A DNA stretch of 64,000 bases from Octopus vulgaris (lineage: Eukaryota), in assembly GCA_951406725.2 (NCBI GenBank), contig OX597831.1, forward strand, positions 47,926,001 through 47,990,000. The letters are read 5' to 3'. The notes beneath the pieces are model-generated. The model had not been told where the DNA came from. It was given only the letters and a program-made list of their open reading frames with translations, and did not search any database. The position numbers and the translations under genes are program-made. This document shows, piece by piece, positions 1-13,304 of the stretch (the stretch's first letter is position 1; every line of letters begins with the position of its first letter).

Positions 1-721
1 AAACATTTGACCCAGACAGTCTTCTTCCAACTGTTAAACATGGAGGAGGATCCAGCATGGCCATGGTCAAATGACTAAGATAAGTAAAAGAGTAAAGAGT
101 AAAGAGTATATAAAGAAACAAACCTGGTATTTGATATTAGTAATGGAATCGCATAGACTGTTGTTTTACACACACTAATAGAAATTTTTATTGCACACTT
201 GTTTTAGATCTTTGTTAATTGATGCAAAGCTAAAAGACTTGTCAGAGAGTAACGAATATGTTTTATCGGCTAAATAAAGCACCAGACTGAAATTCATGTA
301 AGACATAAACAATTTATATAAATTTAAAACAAATATATTCAAGACTCTACATTTGATGTTCTCTTTCATGTATTGACTTACAACCAGATATAGAGCATGA
401 GATGGAAGTGCATTGGGTGTGGATGGAAGAGGAGAATGTAATCCAAGAACTGGAAAGTTCACAAAAAGCAGAATAATTTAGCTTTCCATGTAAATTTTGG
501 TGACAAATGTACTGAATGATTTCTGTAGCTATTTGAAAATGCTACATGTGAAAAACCATTGAATGTGGGAGCGGAGGTGCTTGAATTCTATTTGTGACAT
601 AATATTTTTGCAAGAAACCAACAACTGGGTTTCTAGGTGGACATCTGGCCTGTTTGTCATAGCACTCAAGTTCCATCAAATCACATTGAATGATGTAGCC
701 GTAGATAACCTCTAGTGATGA

Positions 722-967
722 CACGTGGCTCAGTGGTTAAAGCATCGGGCTCACAATCATGAGGTAGTGAGTTTGATTCCTGGACTGAGCCATGTGTTGT
801 GTCCTTGAGCCAGACACTTTATTTCACTTTGCTCCAGTTCACTCGGCTGTAAAAAAAAAAATTGCAACATCACTGGTGTCAAACTGTATAAGCTTTTGCC
901 TTTCCCTTGGATAACATCAGTGGTGTGGAGAGGAGAGGCTGGTATGCATGGGCGACTGCTGGTCTTC
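722..967 (+). mobile_element. tRNA-derived SINE, family E, 3'-truncated
   Basis: A box TGGCTCAGTGG, B-box-like GAGTTTGATTCC, CCTTGAGCCAGACACTT core; homologous to 44803-45115. Confidence 0.8.
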
Positions 968-1110
968 TTTCAATTTCCCCAGCCAGATTCACTCACAAGG
1001 CTTTGGTCAGCCTGGGGCTATAGCAAAAGACACTTGCTCAAGGTGCCACACAGTGAGACTGAACCCAGAAACATGTGGTTGGAAAGCAAGCTTCTTACCA
1101 CACAGCCACA
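968..1110 (-). mobile_element. SINE family A, 5' half
   Basis: Reverse complement of the GTGGCTGTGTGGTAAG... head seen at 9452. Confidence 0.75.
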
Positions 1111-2225
1111 CCTTTACAAATTATTTCCATTTTGCTCATTAGATTACTACATGTCAAATAGAATGGAAAAATTGTAAGGAAATACAGATTTGTATTTGTA
1201 TGAATTGCACTGAAATTTCCCCTTCCTTTCCCTGCATCTACCCCCACCTTTCTTTCATTCATGTGAAATCACATTTTAACATGCTTAAATAGAGCATGTC
1301 TGTCTATCTTTAGCCAGTCTCTTTTTAGCTCATTCATTTCTATTTAAATATTTGATTTACCGCTTGTACATTTGCATTGACTTCCCACCGTCGACATTTA
1401 CAGTCCGTATTTTACTACCAACTCCTATTTCAACACCAAAAACTGCAAAAAAAAAAAAGAAAAAAAAAACGCCAAAATTTCACCACCCTTATTTTTTCAT
1501 TTATTTTATTTATTCTTTGTCTGGTAACATGTTTCTAGTGGACCAATCATTAGTTCATTACATTTCTGATGGTGAGAATGAGAAGAGATCCAATGCAACA
1601 CATTTCAAAAGAGTTCTTTGTTATTGCAAAAGACTTTGTTTGAAAAACGCAGGATTATTGCTAATGTTTACATTTTCCAATGATATTTAAGTTTTTCACT
1701 GATGTTTGCATCTTGTAATGTTATGAATTGATAAAAGTCATGCATGCACACATACACATATACACACATACATACCTACACATACATATACACACTTGTA
1801 TACACACACAGGCACACACCTTCAAACACACATACAAAGACATATTTACTCGTACACACACACATACATATGGTTAGGTGGTCAATAATTTTGCTTTCTA
1901 ATCATGTGGTCATAGGTTCAGTTCTACTCCAAGGCACTTTGGCCTTCTACTATAACCCTGGACTGATCAAAACCTTCTAAGTGCATTTGGTAGACAGAAA
2001 CTGAAAGGATTCCATCATATATATATATATATGCACAGACATAATTGTGTTGTAAGAAGCTTGCTTCCCCACAACCACATAGCTTCAGGTTCAGTCCTAC
2101 TGCATGGTACCTTAGCCAAGCATCCTCTACTATAGCCCTGGGAAGCTCAATGTATATATATATACAAATACATACATACATGCATACATACATATATGGA
2201 AATATATATATATATATATATATGT

Positions 2226-2349
2226 AAAAAATACAAACTGGGACAAGAACGCAAAACATTTTAGAAGACAATACAAAAAACACGGACGGGACATTCAAAG
2301 CCTTCAGTCTTCAGTCAAGAACCAGATCATCCTCGCAATTTTGGCTGAT
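2226..2349 (-). mobile_element. Probable PLE 3'-end fragment (same family as 38316-38610)
   Basis: Shares GGGACAAGAACGCAAAACAT and downstream sequence with 38316-38470; embedded in (TA)n; CTGAAGA motif on minus strand. Confidence 0.45.
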
Positions 2350-2373
2350 ATATGTATATATATATATATATGT

Positions 2374-3633
2374 ATGGAAACACCTTAAAATTTCAAATAA
2401 ATTAATTTTAATATGGGGTGGGGCCACCTTTGGCAGTAATTAGTACAGCTTGAATTCTAAGAAGTATGGACTCATACAAAATTTGAATTGTTTCCAAAAG
2501 AATTTTTGTCCATTCTTCAGCTAAAACAGTTTCAAGTTCATGAAGTGATGGTGGAGGATATCGACTCCTTACATCCTTTTCTAAAATGTACCATAAATGT
2601 TCAATAATATTGAGATCTGGGGACTGTGGTGGCCAGATAAGATGTTCAACTTCACTAGAATGTTCCTCATGCCATTCAGTAACAATTTTAGCAGTGTGAG
2701 TTGGTGCATTATCACACCGAAAGATTGCATTTCCCTCCAGAAACAGTTCCACAACAATAGGATGAATTTGATCAGATAAAATGCTTAAATAGTCTTCACT
2801 ATTAATTCTGCCATGAAGGGAAACCATTGGGCCAGTGGATTTCAAAGATATAGCCCCCCACCACCACCATATCATCACAGATCCTCCTCCATGTTTAACA
2901 GTTGGAAGAAGACTGTCTGGGTCAAATGTTTCTTTTGGCTGTCTCCACATGTATACTTAGCCAGTGGTCAGAAATAAGGTAAAGGATGACTTGTCCGAGA
3001 AAATAACATTCTTCCACTGATCTTGGGACCAATTCTGTAGGTTTTTACTTGACTCTAAACACTTTTCAACGTTTGTTTTTGAAAGTAGTGGTTTTCTGAT
3101 TGAAGCCCTCCCATGAAATCTGGCTTTGTGCAGCTCCTGGTGAACAGTTTTTGTGGAAACTGAGTTCTCAAGGTAGTCATTAAGCTCTGCAGTCATTTTG
3201 AGAGCTGTGCTTTTGTGATCCTTTCTAACAATTCATGTAAGAGTCTGATGGTTCCTATCTGAAAGTTTTGGTTTTCTTCCATAGTTGTGTTTCAATGATG
3301 AGGTTTTTCCCTCTTTCTGAAAGGCTGTCATTACTTTCGAGACAGGACTTCTTGATACACCAAACATTTTGGCTGCTTTCGTTACACTAGTGCATGCCAT
3401 ACGAGCACCAACAATTTGACCTCTTTGAAAGTCCGCTAGATCTGTCATTTTAATGAATATCAATTACCATTTTTCTGATGATATCTGAAAAAAACCCCCA
3501 CCAATTTTAGCAAAACATATTGCACAGCACTAATAATAAATCAAAAAGCATAAAAGTAAACAAGCATTTTACAGTTTTATAGATATTTCAAAATTATGAT
3601 GCTGGGTGTTTCTATTATTTTGTCCAACCCCTG
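2374..3633 (-). mobile_element. Tc1-superfamily DNA transposon, DD36E (Incomer-like), decayed, about 1.26 kb
   Basis: TIR CAGGGGTTGGACAAAATAATAGAAACACC on minus strand ends at 3633 next to TA (3634-35); partial partner TIR ATGGAAACACC at 2374; transposase pieces inside. Confidence 0.9.
2408..3448 (-). pseudogene. Interrupted Tc1-type transposase
   Basis: ORF pieces 3233-3463, 2957-3196, 2408-2950: DFQRGQIVGARM, GRKPKLS, VIFSDKSSF, TVKHGGGSVMIWG, DNAPTH, WPPQSPDLNIIE, GGPTPY. Confidence 0.92.
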
Positions 3634-3807
3634 TATATATCTTTATTTGGGAATTAAGACTAACGTGGGTTTCATGTTAAAAAGAGTAGGAGAATATCCA
3701 ATCTTAACATGAAACTAATGGTAGCCTTAATTCACAAATAAAGAAATTATTTATCCACCAAAGCAGTGTTGAGCTCTCATTCCAACGTTCTACATTTGCA
3801 TATATCT

Positions 3808-4152
<345 letters not shown>

Positions 4153-4172
4153 TATATATATATATATATACA

Positions 4173-4218
4173 CAGACAGACAGACAGACAGACGGACAGA
4201 CAGATAGATAGATAGATT

Positions 4219-4297
<79 letters not shown>

Positions 4298-4313
4298 TGA
4301 TTGATTGATTGAT
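4173..4313. repeat. (CAGA)n/(GATA)n/(GATT)n microsatellite
   Basis: Direct reading. Confidence 0.95.
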
Positions 4314-4534
4314 TTTTGAAACACTGTATCCCTGGCTTCTTTCTGTCAGACTTAAGAAAGTGATTTGTTCAGCTAAAACCCTTCAGGGCAGTGCTCAAGT
4401 ATGACCACAGATCAATGACTAAAGCAAATAAAAGATACAAGATATGTTTCTGATTAACATTTCAAGTTGACTTCAATACCACTGTGTAAAAAAAATTTAA
4501 TTTCTTTTTGTCTTTGGTTAATAAGTGTTATTTA

Positions 4535-4890
4535 ATAAGTGTTATTTCCTATTTGCTTCTATCTAGAAATCAAAGGAAATGACTACTATTCCCTTCAAAC
4601 TTTGCTTCTGTGACCAGGGCATCAATGTTTTGAAAGTGGCCAATTTTCCATTATATTTCAGACAAATTCAGCTCCAAGTTGCTGAAGCAGAAATATTGTA
4701 ATAGCGAATATTCTGCTCAACACTACAGTTTTGCTTGTCAGCTGCTTGACCATAATCACTTAAGCATGTCTCTTAGTGGTTGACAATATGTGCATCTCTG
4801 ATCATGAGCAGGATCAGTTGGAGAGCATCATAGTCATGTGATGAGAGGGATTCTTTGGAGTTTGAATGAATGTAACAAAAGCAAAGTTGC
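4535..4890 (+). mobile_element. Unclassified interspersed repeat (MITE-like, family F)
   Basis: Second copy in opposite orientation at 20470-20885; internal inverted repeat AACTTTGCTT(C/T)TGT ... ACAAAAGCAAAGTT. Confidence 0.65.
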
Positions 4891-5379
4891 AGCTATTTTT
4901 CATATTTTAAGCCATTTTTTATTTTTTAGTCATTTTTCATATTTTCTAGGGGTTAAGTAAATAGATAACAGTTGCTACTCAGGGACAAAAATTGTGTTAC
5001 ATAGTGTAATTATTGTGGACATGGAATTCTTGATTCGTAAATCTGGCAGTTAAAGGTTCAAGTTGTTGTTGTACAGGTTCCTTGCTTTTCATTATTGCTT
5101 TTTTTTTATTAAGAAACACACAAAAACCATTAGATTCACTTCAACGTTTAAATATAATTTGCCAAAATATTATTGTCTCTTTGAGACCATGACCTGTTCA
5201 CTGATAAAATTCCGTGCTGTGTTTCTTAAATGGCTTATAAACACCTTCCATGCTGCAATTGTTTTCGTTCCAGCACATGATCTCAGATCAGTTCACTTGC
5301 TATGCAAGTACATCTCCGTAATTTTCTTTTATCCCAACTTGAAATCTACCATTTATTTTCCCATCTGTTGTTAATTTAC

Positions 5380-5682
5380 CTTGACCTTCTTGTTCCCATA
5401 TTTCTGTTGAAATACACTGCTTTTGTTTCAATTAATTTTGGAAATAGGGAAAAATTAGTAAAATAATCATTATCCTCATTAAGGTATTGTTCTGAGTTCA
5501 AATTTTATTGAGGTCAATTTTGCCTGCCACCCTTTCTGGTGCAATAAAATAAGTACCAGTTATAAAAGTAATGTTTGAAACATAAATAAACATGGAATGG
5601 TGATGGAAGGTTTTTATTTAGACCACTTTAAAATGGAAAGTTCATATCAATAAACCAGGTGAGCTGGTATAAAAAAGATTAA
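5380..5682 (+). mobile_element. Degenerate piggyBac-type MITE with internal SINE fragment
   Basis: Similar to 25816-26037 (CCATATTTCTGTTGA...TTTCAATTAATTTT). Confidence 0.5.
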
Positions 5683-6384
5683 AGCCACTGATAATTTAAT
5701 TTTTTTTTTTTTTTTCATATAAATTCAGGTTACAGTTCATTTTTCATCATGTCTTTCACTTTTCCTCCTACGAAAGCCAATAAAATAAATAATTGTCAAG
5801 CTATATATTTTATTGATGTAATCAATTGTTTCTTCCTCACAAATTCGTGTGGCCTTGCCTCGGTGTACTAAAATCAATATTTTTCTATATATTCTAACTT
5901 TGAACGACTTTATAATACAAGAATACATTATTTTTATGAATATTTTGATACAGCAGAATCGCATCAGTGACCATATTGTTCTTTTTGTATTTAGTCAGGT
6001 GGGAAGGCAGTTCCTGTAGTCATTTACAAGATATCTAAGGATGGTGGGATGGAAAGAGGAAACAAGGAAGATCTCCTCAAACTGGAGACTTGGCCTGAAT
6101 TCTTGCAACAAAATTAATTCTGCTAAAAGCAGCTAAATTGTTAGGGTTGGTGTTAATCTTGGTGATAGATTAAGTCTAGCACACAGGCGTTGAATATAAT
6201 GCCTTACAATAGTTATTCCAAGTCTCTGCATTCTGAGATTAAACCCCACCATAATCAACTTCACTTTTCATTCTTTTGGTAAATGAAAAATTCCAGTCTA
6301 GAGAACTGGTGGAACTGTAAGAATGCTGAACTTTGCAGAATTTATTTTGATTACAGGTAAGATTACCGCCATCAACTCATTGCA

Positions 6385-6510
6385 GGGAAAGTTCACCATC
6401 ATCAAATCCCTGTGAAGAAAGTTCATTGTGAGGAAATTTCACCATGATGAAAGTTCACCGTGAGGAAATTTCATCATGAGGAAAGTTCACCATGAAGAAA
6501 GTTTACCAAC
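6385..6510. repeat. 16-bp minisatellite GAGGAAAGTTCACCAT, about 7 degenerate copies
   Basis: Direct reading. Confidence 0.8.
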
Positions 6511-6577
6511 AAAATATATCCATAGTATTTCACCATTAATAGTAAAAAGACTATTGAAAAAGTTGCAAGATGCAACT

Positions 6578-6763
6578 TTTATACTTGTTTCAGGCATTTG
6601 ACTGCGGCCATGCTGGAGCACTGCCTTTAGTCGAGCAAATCGACTCCAGGACTTATTCTTTGTAAGCCTAATACTTATTCTATTGGTTTCTTTTGCTGAA
6701 CTGCTAAGTTAAAGGGACGTATACACACCAGCATCGGTTGTCAAGCGATGTTGGGGGAACAAA
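6578..6763 (-). mobile_element. SINE family A, 3' half
   Basis: CATTTGACTGCGGCCATGCTGGAGCAC...CACCAGCATCGGTTGTCAAGCGATG. Confidence 0.85.
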
Positions 6764-7613
6764 CGATGACAGAAAAGCCAGTCATGGTTATTAGAAAGGT
6801 GAGAATTAGGGAGTAAACATAACTAGAAAAGGTACTCAATATATTAATTCATTTTTAAGGTGGGGGTACTGGAGAATCATTACTGTGCTGAGTTCAAATT
6901 CCTTTGAGGTCAACTTTGCCTTTCATCCTTCCAGGGTCAATTAAATAAGTGCCAGTTGAACACTGGGGTCAGTGTAATCGATTTACCCTCCACCCCCATA
7001 ATTATTGGCTTTGTACCAAAATTTGAAATCAAAGTATTAAGGTATTCACATGTCAAGAGTTGAAACATATTAAGTTTCAGAAGTTCAGCTGTGATTATCT
7101 TTAAAATGTTATAATGTTTTTTGCAGTTAGAAATTTGTACATTACTCAATAAATGTTGTTGTATCTTGGGAGGGTCATTGTGTCAATGATAAGTGCATGC
7201 ACTGGTTTTATTTCACTTCATTTGTTATCATTACTCAATTGGCTGAGTGAGTCGGCAAAATTGTTACCATGTTGGACAAATTGCTTAGCAACATTTCTTC
7301 CCATTCTTTAAATTCTGCTGACTTTTCCCCTCATTGTGTCAGAGTTGATAAAATAAGAACTAGTTGATCACTTCAGTTGATGTAATCAACATACGCTCCT
7401 CTATAATTTCTGGCCTTGTGCAAAACTTTGAAGTCCATTGAATTAGTTAGGTTTATCAAAGTTCTTTTCTTGGCTTCAGCAAATTGGAGGGCATGTCATT
7501 GGTGAGCTCATGAATCAAAATGAAAGGACTTTGACAAACTTAGCTTTTTGACAAAGTGACAAAATAATTAATTAATCAATTGATTAGTTAATTGGTTAAT
7601 TGTTAAGGAATTG

Positions 7614-7615
<2 letters not shown>

Positions 7616-7644
<29 letters not shown>

Positions 7645-7722
7645 ATAATGATAATAATAATAATAATAACAATAATGATAATGATTATAATAATAATAAT
7701 AATTATAAAAATAATAATAACA

Positions 7723-7753
<31 letters not shown>

Positions 7754-7760
7754 TTATAAA

Positions 7761-7840
<80 letters not shown>

Positions 7841-7841
7841 C

Positions 7842-7873
<32 letters not shown>

Positions 7874-7875
7874 TA

Positions 7876-7940
<65 letters not shown>
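7616..7940. repeat. (AAT)n grading into (GAT)n microsatellite
   Basis: Direct reading. Confidence 0.97.
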
Positions 7941-8376
7941 AAGAGAAATTAAGGCCAATAGGCCAGATATAGTTGTCAGAGATCATGAAGAAAAAAAAAA
8001 TGCTTTCTAATTAATGTATCAATACCAGCAGATGACAACGTTTCTCTAAAAGAAATGGGGAAACTTTCAAAATACAAAGACCTGGAAATAGAGGTAACTC
8101 GAATTTGGAATCTAAAAACAGAAACAATTCCTATCATAATAGGTGCATTAGATATGATAAAAAAATATTCAGACAAATACATAACAAAAACATCAGGACT
8201 TACAAACACATATAACATACAGAAAATTGCACTACTGGGCACTGCACACATCCTACGCAAACCACTTTCAATACAGTAACCATAAGAGCATCACAGCAAA
8301 CCACAGCACATACCCAAGCACACAGAGCTGCATTCGGTAGTGAAGTGAAAGCATGCTATAAAAATAAAACTACTGA
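7941..8376 (+). mobile_element. 5'-truncated R4/Dong-clade non-LTR retrotransposon (restriction-like endonuclease end)
   Basis: NRPDIVVRD...KLSKYKDLEIEV...IPIIIGAL...QKIALLGTAHILRK* then short 3'UTR; flanked by (TAA)n-type repeats, the known Dong target. Confidence 0.85.
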
Positions 8377-8392
8377 ATAATAACAATAATAA

Positions 8393-8481
<89 letters not shown>
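8377..8481. repeat. (AAT)n microsatellite
   Basis: Direct reading. Confidence 0.95.
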
Positions 8482-8486
<5 letters not shown>

Positions 8487-9451
8487 GTGAAAAGAACCAG
8501 GATAATTATCGACATAATTACCCTCCCAAGAAACAACAAAATCTGTTTCAATGCTTGAGTTCACATCAAGCATCTTGTAAACCAAATACAAAAACGAAAT
8601 ATTCTATAGATATTTTCATTTCTTAATTTAATTGCTGCAACAAAAGAAATAGTTGCACTATTGTAAATAACAATATCATGTACAAATTTATGTAACAACC
8701 ATCTGCAGCTACATCAGCAACATTATCAGCAACATAACCACCATCATCCTCTTCACTGCTAGCACTTCCAACACTATCAACATCACTATCATTATCATCA
8801 TCATCTCCACCACCATCATCATAATCCCTACCACAACCTTCCTTATCATCTTCATTCTAAATTATCAGTTTTTTTTAGAATGTAGGATATTGCCTTATGT
8901 AAATTATATTATGCATGCATTAATAATATAATGATAATTGTATAAACATTTATGCTACTGTGTTAATGTAATCAATCCAAGGTTCATTATATTATGTTAA
9001 TTTTACTGAAGAGAATGTTATTAATTATGTATAGGTTAACATAGATATAAAACACTGGATTAATTTAATGTTGGAAAGTGAAATTTTAATGATGTTTCTT
9101 ATGCCTTAGGCAGTTCGAATGACCTCGTCTGAGAAACACCCTGATCGATTTGTAAAAGTGGGGAAATAATCAGTTATGTAATTGGGTTTTCCAAGAAGTG
9201 ACAGGGTAATAATATGTAGAGATAATTATTCCTACATGTTCAATTAAGTTTGTCTAATTATCTTGCTGCATTAACAAGTCGTAACTACTTGTTCATGCAG
9301 CATCATACCAAATTAGCAAATTAGCATTAAATCACCCAGAGGAAAATTTTCCTAAGTCAGTGACCTGAATGTTAAACTGCCTTCATCTGTGATTGGTGTT
9401 CATGAACAGCATTGTTATACTTAGGGTTTATATATGTATATGTATATATAT

Positions 9452-9831
9452 GTGGCTGTGTGGTAAGTAGCTTGCTAACCAGCCACATGGTTCCAGGTTC
9501 AGTCCCACTGCGTGGCATCTTGGCCAAGTGTCTTCTGCTATAGCCCCGAGCCGACCAATGCCTTGTGAGTGGATTTGATAGACGGAAACTGAAAGAAGCC
9601 TGTCGTATATATATGTGTGTGTGTGTTTGTCCCCCTAGCATTGCTTGACAACCGATGCTGGTGTGTTTACGTCCCCGTCACTTAGCGGTTTGGCAAAAGA
9701 GACCGATAGAATAAGTACTGGGCTTACAAAGAATAAGTCCCAGGGTCGATTAGCTCGACTAAAGGTGGTGCTCCAGCATGGCCGCAGTCAAATGACTGAA
9801 ACAAGTAAAATAGTAAAAGAGAGTAAAGAGT
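9452..9831 (+). mobile_element. SINE family A, near full length
   Basis: tRNA-like head GTGGCTGTGTGGTAAGTAGC...GGTTCAGTCCC, internal (TA)/(TG) microsatellite, GACTGAAACAAGTAAAA(GAG) tail; more than 10 copies in window. Confidence 0.9.
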
Positions 9832-9913
9832 AATAGCACAATTTATTCTTCTATACATTTTGATCTGGAATCTATAGTCATCTCTAGAATACATGCAGTG
9901 AGTATACCTCAAA

Positions 9914-10299
9914 TCTTTACTCTTTTACTCGTTTCAGTCATTTAACTGTGGCCATACTCAAGCAAATCGACTCCAGGACTTATTCTTTGGAAGTCTAGTA
10001 CTTATTCTATCTGTCTCTTTTGCCGAACCGCTAAGTTACAGGGATGTAAACACACAAGCATCAATTGTCAAGCGATGTTGGAGAGACAAACACAAACACA
10101 CACACACACACACATATACATATACAGATATATACGACGGGCTTCTTTCAGTTTCCGTCTACCAAATCCACTCACAAGGCTTTGGTCGGCCCAAGGCTAT
10201 AGTAGAAGACACTTGCCCAAGGTGCCACACACTGAGACTGAACCCGGAACCATGTGATTGGTAAGCAAGCTACTTACCACACAGCCACTCCTGTGCCTA
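9914..10299 (-). mobile_element. SINE family A, near full length
   Basis: Reverse complement of 9452-9831. Confidence 0.9.
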
Positions 10300-10500
10300 T
10301 AATTTTTTTGGCATGTTGTGGATTCAGTCAGTACTTTGGATGTGTGTGTAACTGGAAAGACAAACCCAACTTTACTCTAGCAAGTACGTATATGTCAGTA
10401 CACTTTGTTGGTACACAGATGCACTAGCCCCATCTACGTTGTAGCTTTTACTATTTAAATACCAGGTTCTTTTGGATCCTGAAAATATAATAATAATAAT

Positions 10501-10535
<35 letters not shown>

Positions 10536-10588
10536 TAATAATAATAATAAAAATAATAATAATAATAATGTATATATATATATATATA

Positions 10589-10765
10589 TATCTGTAATAT
10601 AATATGTGACAATTATTCAGTTACCATAATAAAACTCCGAGTTTGGGATGTGGGAGTTTAATTATAGCAATTGAATAATTGTCACATATTATATTACAGA
10701 TAAATTCCTCTATTTACATAATATTGAGGTCTCTTTCATTCTTTTGTTGTCTTACCATTACTATT
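10589..10765. mobile_element. Short fold-back element (probable PLE remnant)
   Basis: TCTGTAATATAATATGTGACAATTATTCA (10591-10619) perfectly inverted at 10672-10700; unpaired right tail AATTCCTCT...; flanked by (TA)n. Confidence 0.65.
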
Positions 10766-10789
10766 TATATATATATATATATATATGTA

Positions 10790-10975
10790 TTAAAAGGCAC
10801 ATAAAAAGCACCATCCAAACGTGGCCGATGCCAGTGCCGCCCCGACTGGCTCCTGTGCCGGTGGCACATAAAAAGCACTATCCGAACGTGGCCGTTGCCA
10901 GCGCCGCCTTGGCTGGCTTCCGTGCCGGTGGCACGTTAAAAGCTCCAACCGATCATGACCGATGCCGGACCCCCC
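10790..10975 (+). repeat. About 60-bp GC-rich tandem units of family C
   Basis: AAAAGCACCATCC...GTGGCCG...GCCAG...CTGGC...GTGCCGGTGGCAC, 3 units. Confidence 0.8.
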
Positions 10976-11266
10976 TGGCCTAGTGGTTAGAGCAGCAGAC
11001 TCATGGTCGAGGGATCGCGGGTTCGAATCTCAGACCAGGCGATGTGTGTGTTTATGAGCGAAACAGCTAAGCTCCACACGGCTCCGGCAGAAGGTAATGG
11101 CGAACTTCTGCTGACTCTTTCACCACAACTTTCTCTCACTCTTTCTTCCTGCATCTTGCAGCTCACCTGCAACAGACCAGCATCCCAACCAAGTGGGGAA
11201 CCTATGCACCAAGGAAACCGGGAAACTGGCCCTATAAGCCAGGCATAGCTTGAGAAGGAACAAACA
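10976..11266 (+). mobile_element. tRNA-derived SINE related to family B
   Basis: TGGCCTAGTGGTTAGAGC A box, GGTTCGAATCTC B box, CTTTCACCACAACTTTCTCTCACTC shared with family B; different 3' part. Confidence 0.8.
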
Positions 11267-11696
11267 ATATATATTGTCACTTGTTTATGATATTTGTGTG
11301 TACTGAGATAGTGTATTTGTTTTCTCCATATTTCTCTGTATATCTAAAAAGAGATGGTGTTCTCTCTTTAATTTATGGTACACCAATGATGTTGGATTGT
11401 AAATTTTTGAGTGAATTTGTTTTCAATATTTTAAAGTATGCAAAGGTGACAAGCTGGTAGAATCATTCACACACCAGGTAAAATGCTTAGCAGTATTTCA
11501 TCCATCATTATGTTCTGAGTTCAAATTCTGCTGTGGTTGATTTCGACGTCCATCCTTTTGGAGTCAATAAAATAAACTAACTATACATATATACACACTT
11601 TTACATATGCAGATATGTATGTGTATGTATATGAAAAAGTGTGTATATATGTATGTATTTGTATTTATAACTTAACCTTATGAACTTTCTAAACTC

Positions 11697-12075
11697 GTAA
11701 AAGCACGTAAAAGCACCATCCGTTCGTGTCCATTGCCAGCCTCGCCTGGCCCCCGTGCCGGTGGCACGTAAAAAGCACCATCCATTCATGGCCGTTGCCA
11801 GCGCCACCCCGACTGGCCTCCGTGCCGGTGGCACATAAAAGCACCATCCGTTCGTGGCCGTTTGCCAGCTCCATCTGGCACCTGTGCTGGTGGCACGTAA
11901 AAAGCACCCACTACACTCGCGGAGTGGTTGGCGTTAGGAAGGGCATCCAGCTGTAGAAACACTGCCAGATCAGACTGGGTCTGATGCAGCCTTCTGGCTT
12001 CACAGACCCCAGTTGAGCCGTCCAACCCATGCTAGCATGGAAAACGGATGCTAAATGATGATGATGATGATGATG
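11697..12075 (+). mobile_element. Family C with about 3 tandem 60-bp units and (GAT)n tail
   Basis: GGCGTTAGGAAGGGCATCCAGCTGTAG...AACCCATGCTAGCATGGAAAACGGATGCTAAATGATGATG. Confidence 0.85.
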
Positions 12076-12822
12076 CATATATATAGACATATGTATGTGT
12101 GTGTATATATATATATACACATATATATATATGTATGTATATGCATATATGTTTGCATATATGCTTATGTGTATACTTACCTAACATCTGTCCAACATAA
12201 TATTCTTCCCTCCTCCTTCATTCTTATCATCATCATCAACGTCATCGTCATCGTCATTATCATCAACATCATCATCATTATTAATTTGTCAGAAAAACTT
12301 TCTCTCGCTATTTATCTAAAGCTTAATGTTTGTATTCCATTTTGGAGACTCTTTTTATTTCTTAAACTTGGATATACGTTGTCCACACACATGTCCATTC
12401 ATACAATGATGCTCACGCAAAAGCAATCAAAACATGCCCCAACCCTCACACATACATGTACACACCCACGCACACACACACACACACAGAAAAACCTAGG
12501 TCAATATAGACATAAATGCTTATTTGTGAGATTTCTTAATTCATATTCTATAAGCATCTACTTAACCTTTCACACTCCAGTTGTTTATAACGCACAATCC
12601 AACAACAATATTGTGGAATATATTAGTTTTCTATTTTATTATCTTTGCTATTTCTTTGTCCATTAGAACATATATTGGGTGTCTCTAAAAGTCTGCTGTA
12701 TTGACAGAACCATTAGTACCCAGCTGAATGCTTTAAAGTTTTCAAATTTGTGTTCAATACCAGCCCGACGTTTTTCTTATACATACACGTATGTATGTAT
12801 GCATGTATTTGTATTATATATG

Positions 12823-12869
<47 letters not shown>

Positions 12870-13304
12870 TTACGTTGATTTGATTGTGTACACACTGTTT
12901 ATGAGAATTACATACTGGAAAATGTAAAATAGATGTTTGCTCAAATCCACCCGATTTTGATATTTGCATTGATAAGGTTCATAATTTAAGAGAGTTACAT
13001 ATCAGAAAAAAGAAAACAAACAAAAAGTCATTGTGATAGATATCATAGAAAAAGCAAACAGAAATCTATTCAAATTCTGCTATCTTTGAGATTTGTATTG
13101 ATATGTTTGAACACTTGGGATTTACAAGTCATATATTGGTAAAAAAAAAAAAATTCTTTGTATTGGACAATGATACAATTTTGGCACTGATATGGCTATG
13201 TGGCTTCGAAGTAAGCTTCACAGTCACATGGTTTTCAGACCAGTACCATTCCATGGTATGTTGGGTAAGTAACTTTTAGTGTAGGCTTGGTTAATCAGTA
13301 CCAT

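Noticed and set aside
5999-6100. Possible plus-strand exon
   Set aside because: Another frame reads WDGKRKQGRSPQT, typical of a decayed RTE-like LINE C-terminus; no donor site
7596-7986. Poly-I/N/Y/H/D ORFs, and similar YI/HT/CV/F-rich ORFs throughout the track
   Set aside because: Translations of microsatellites
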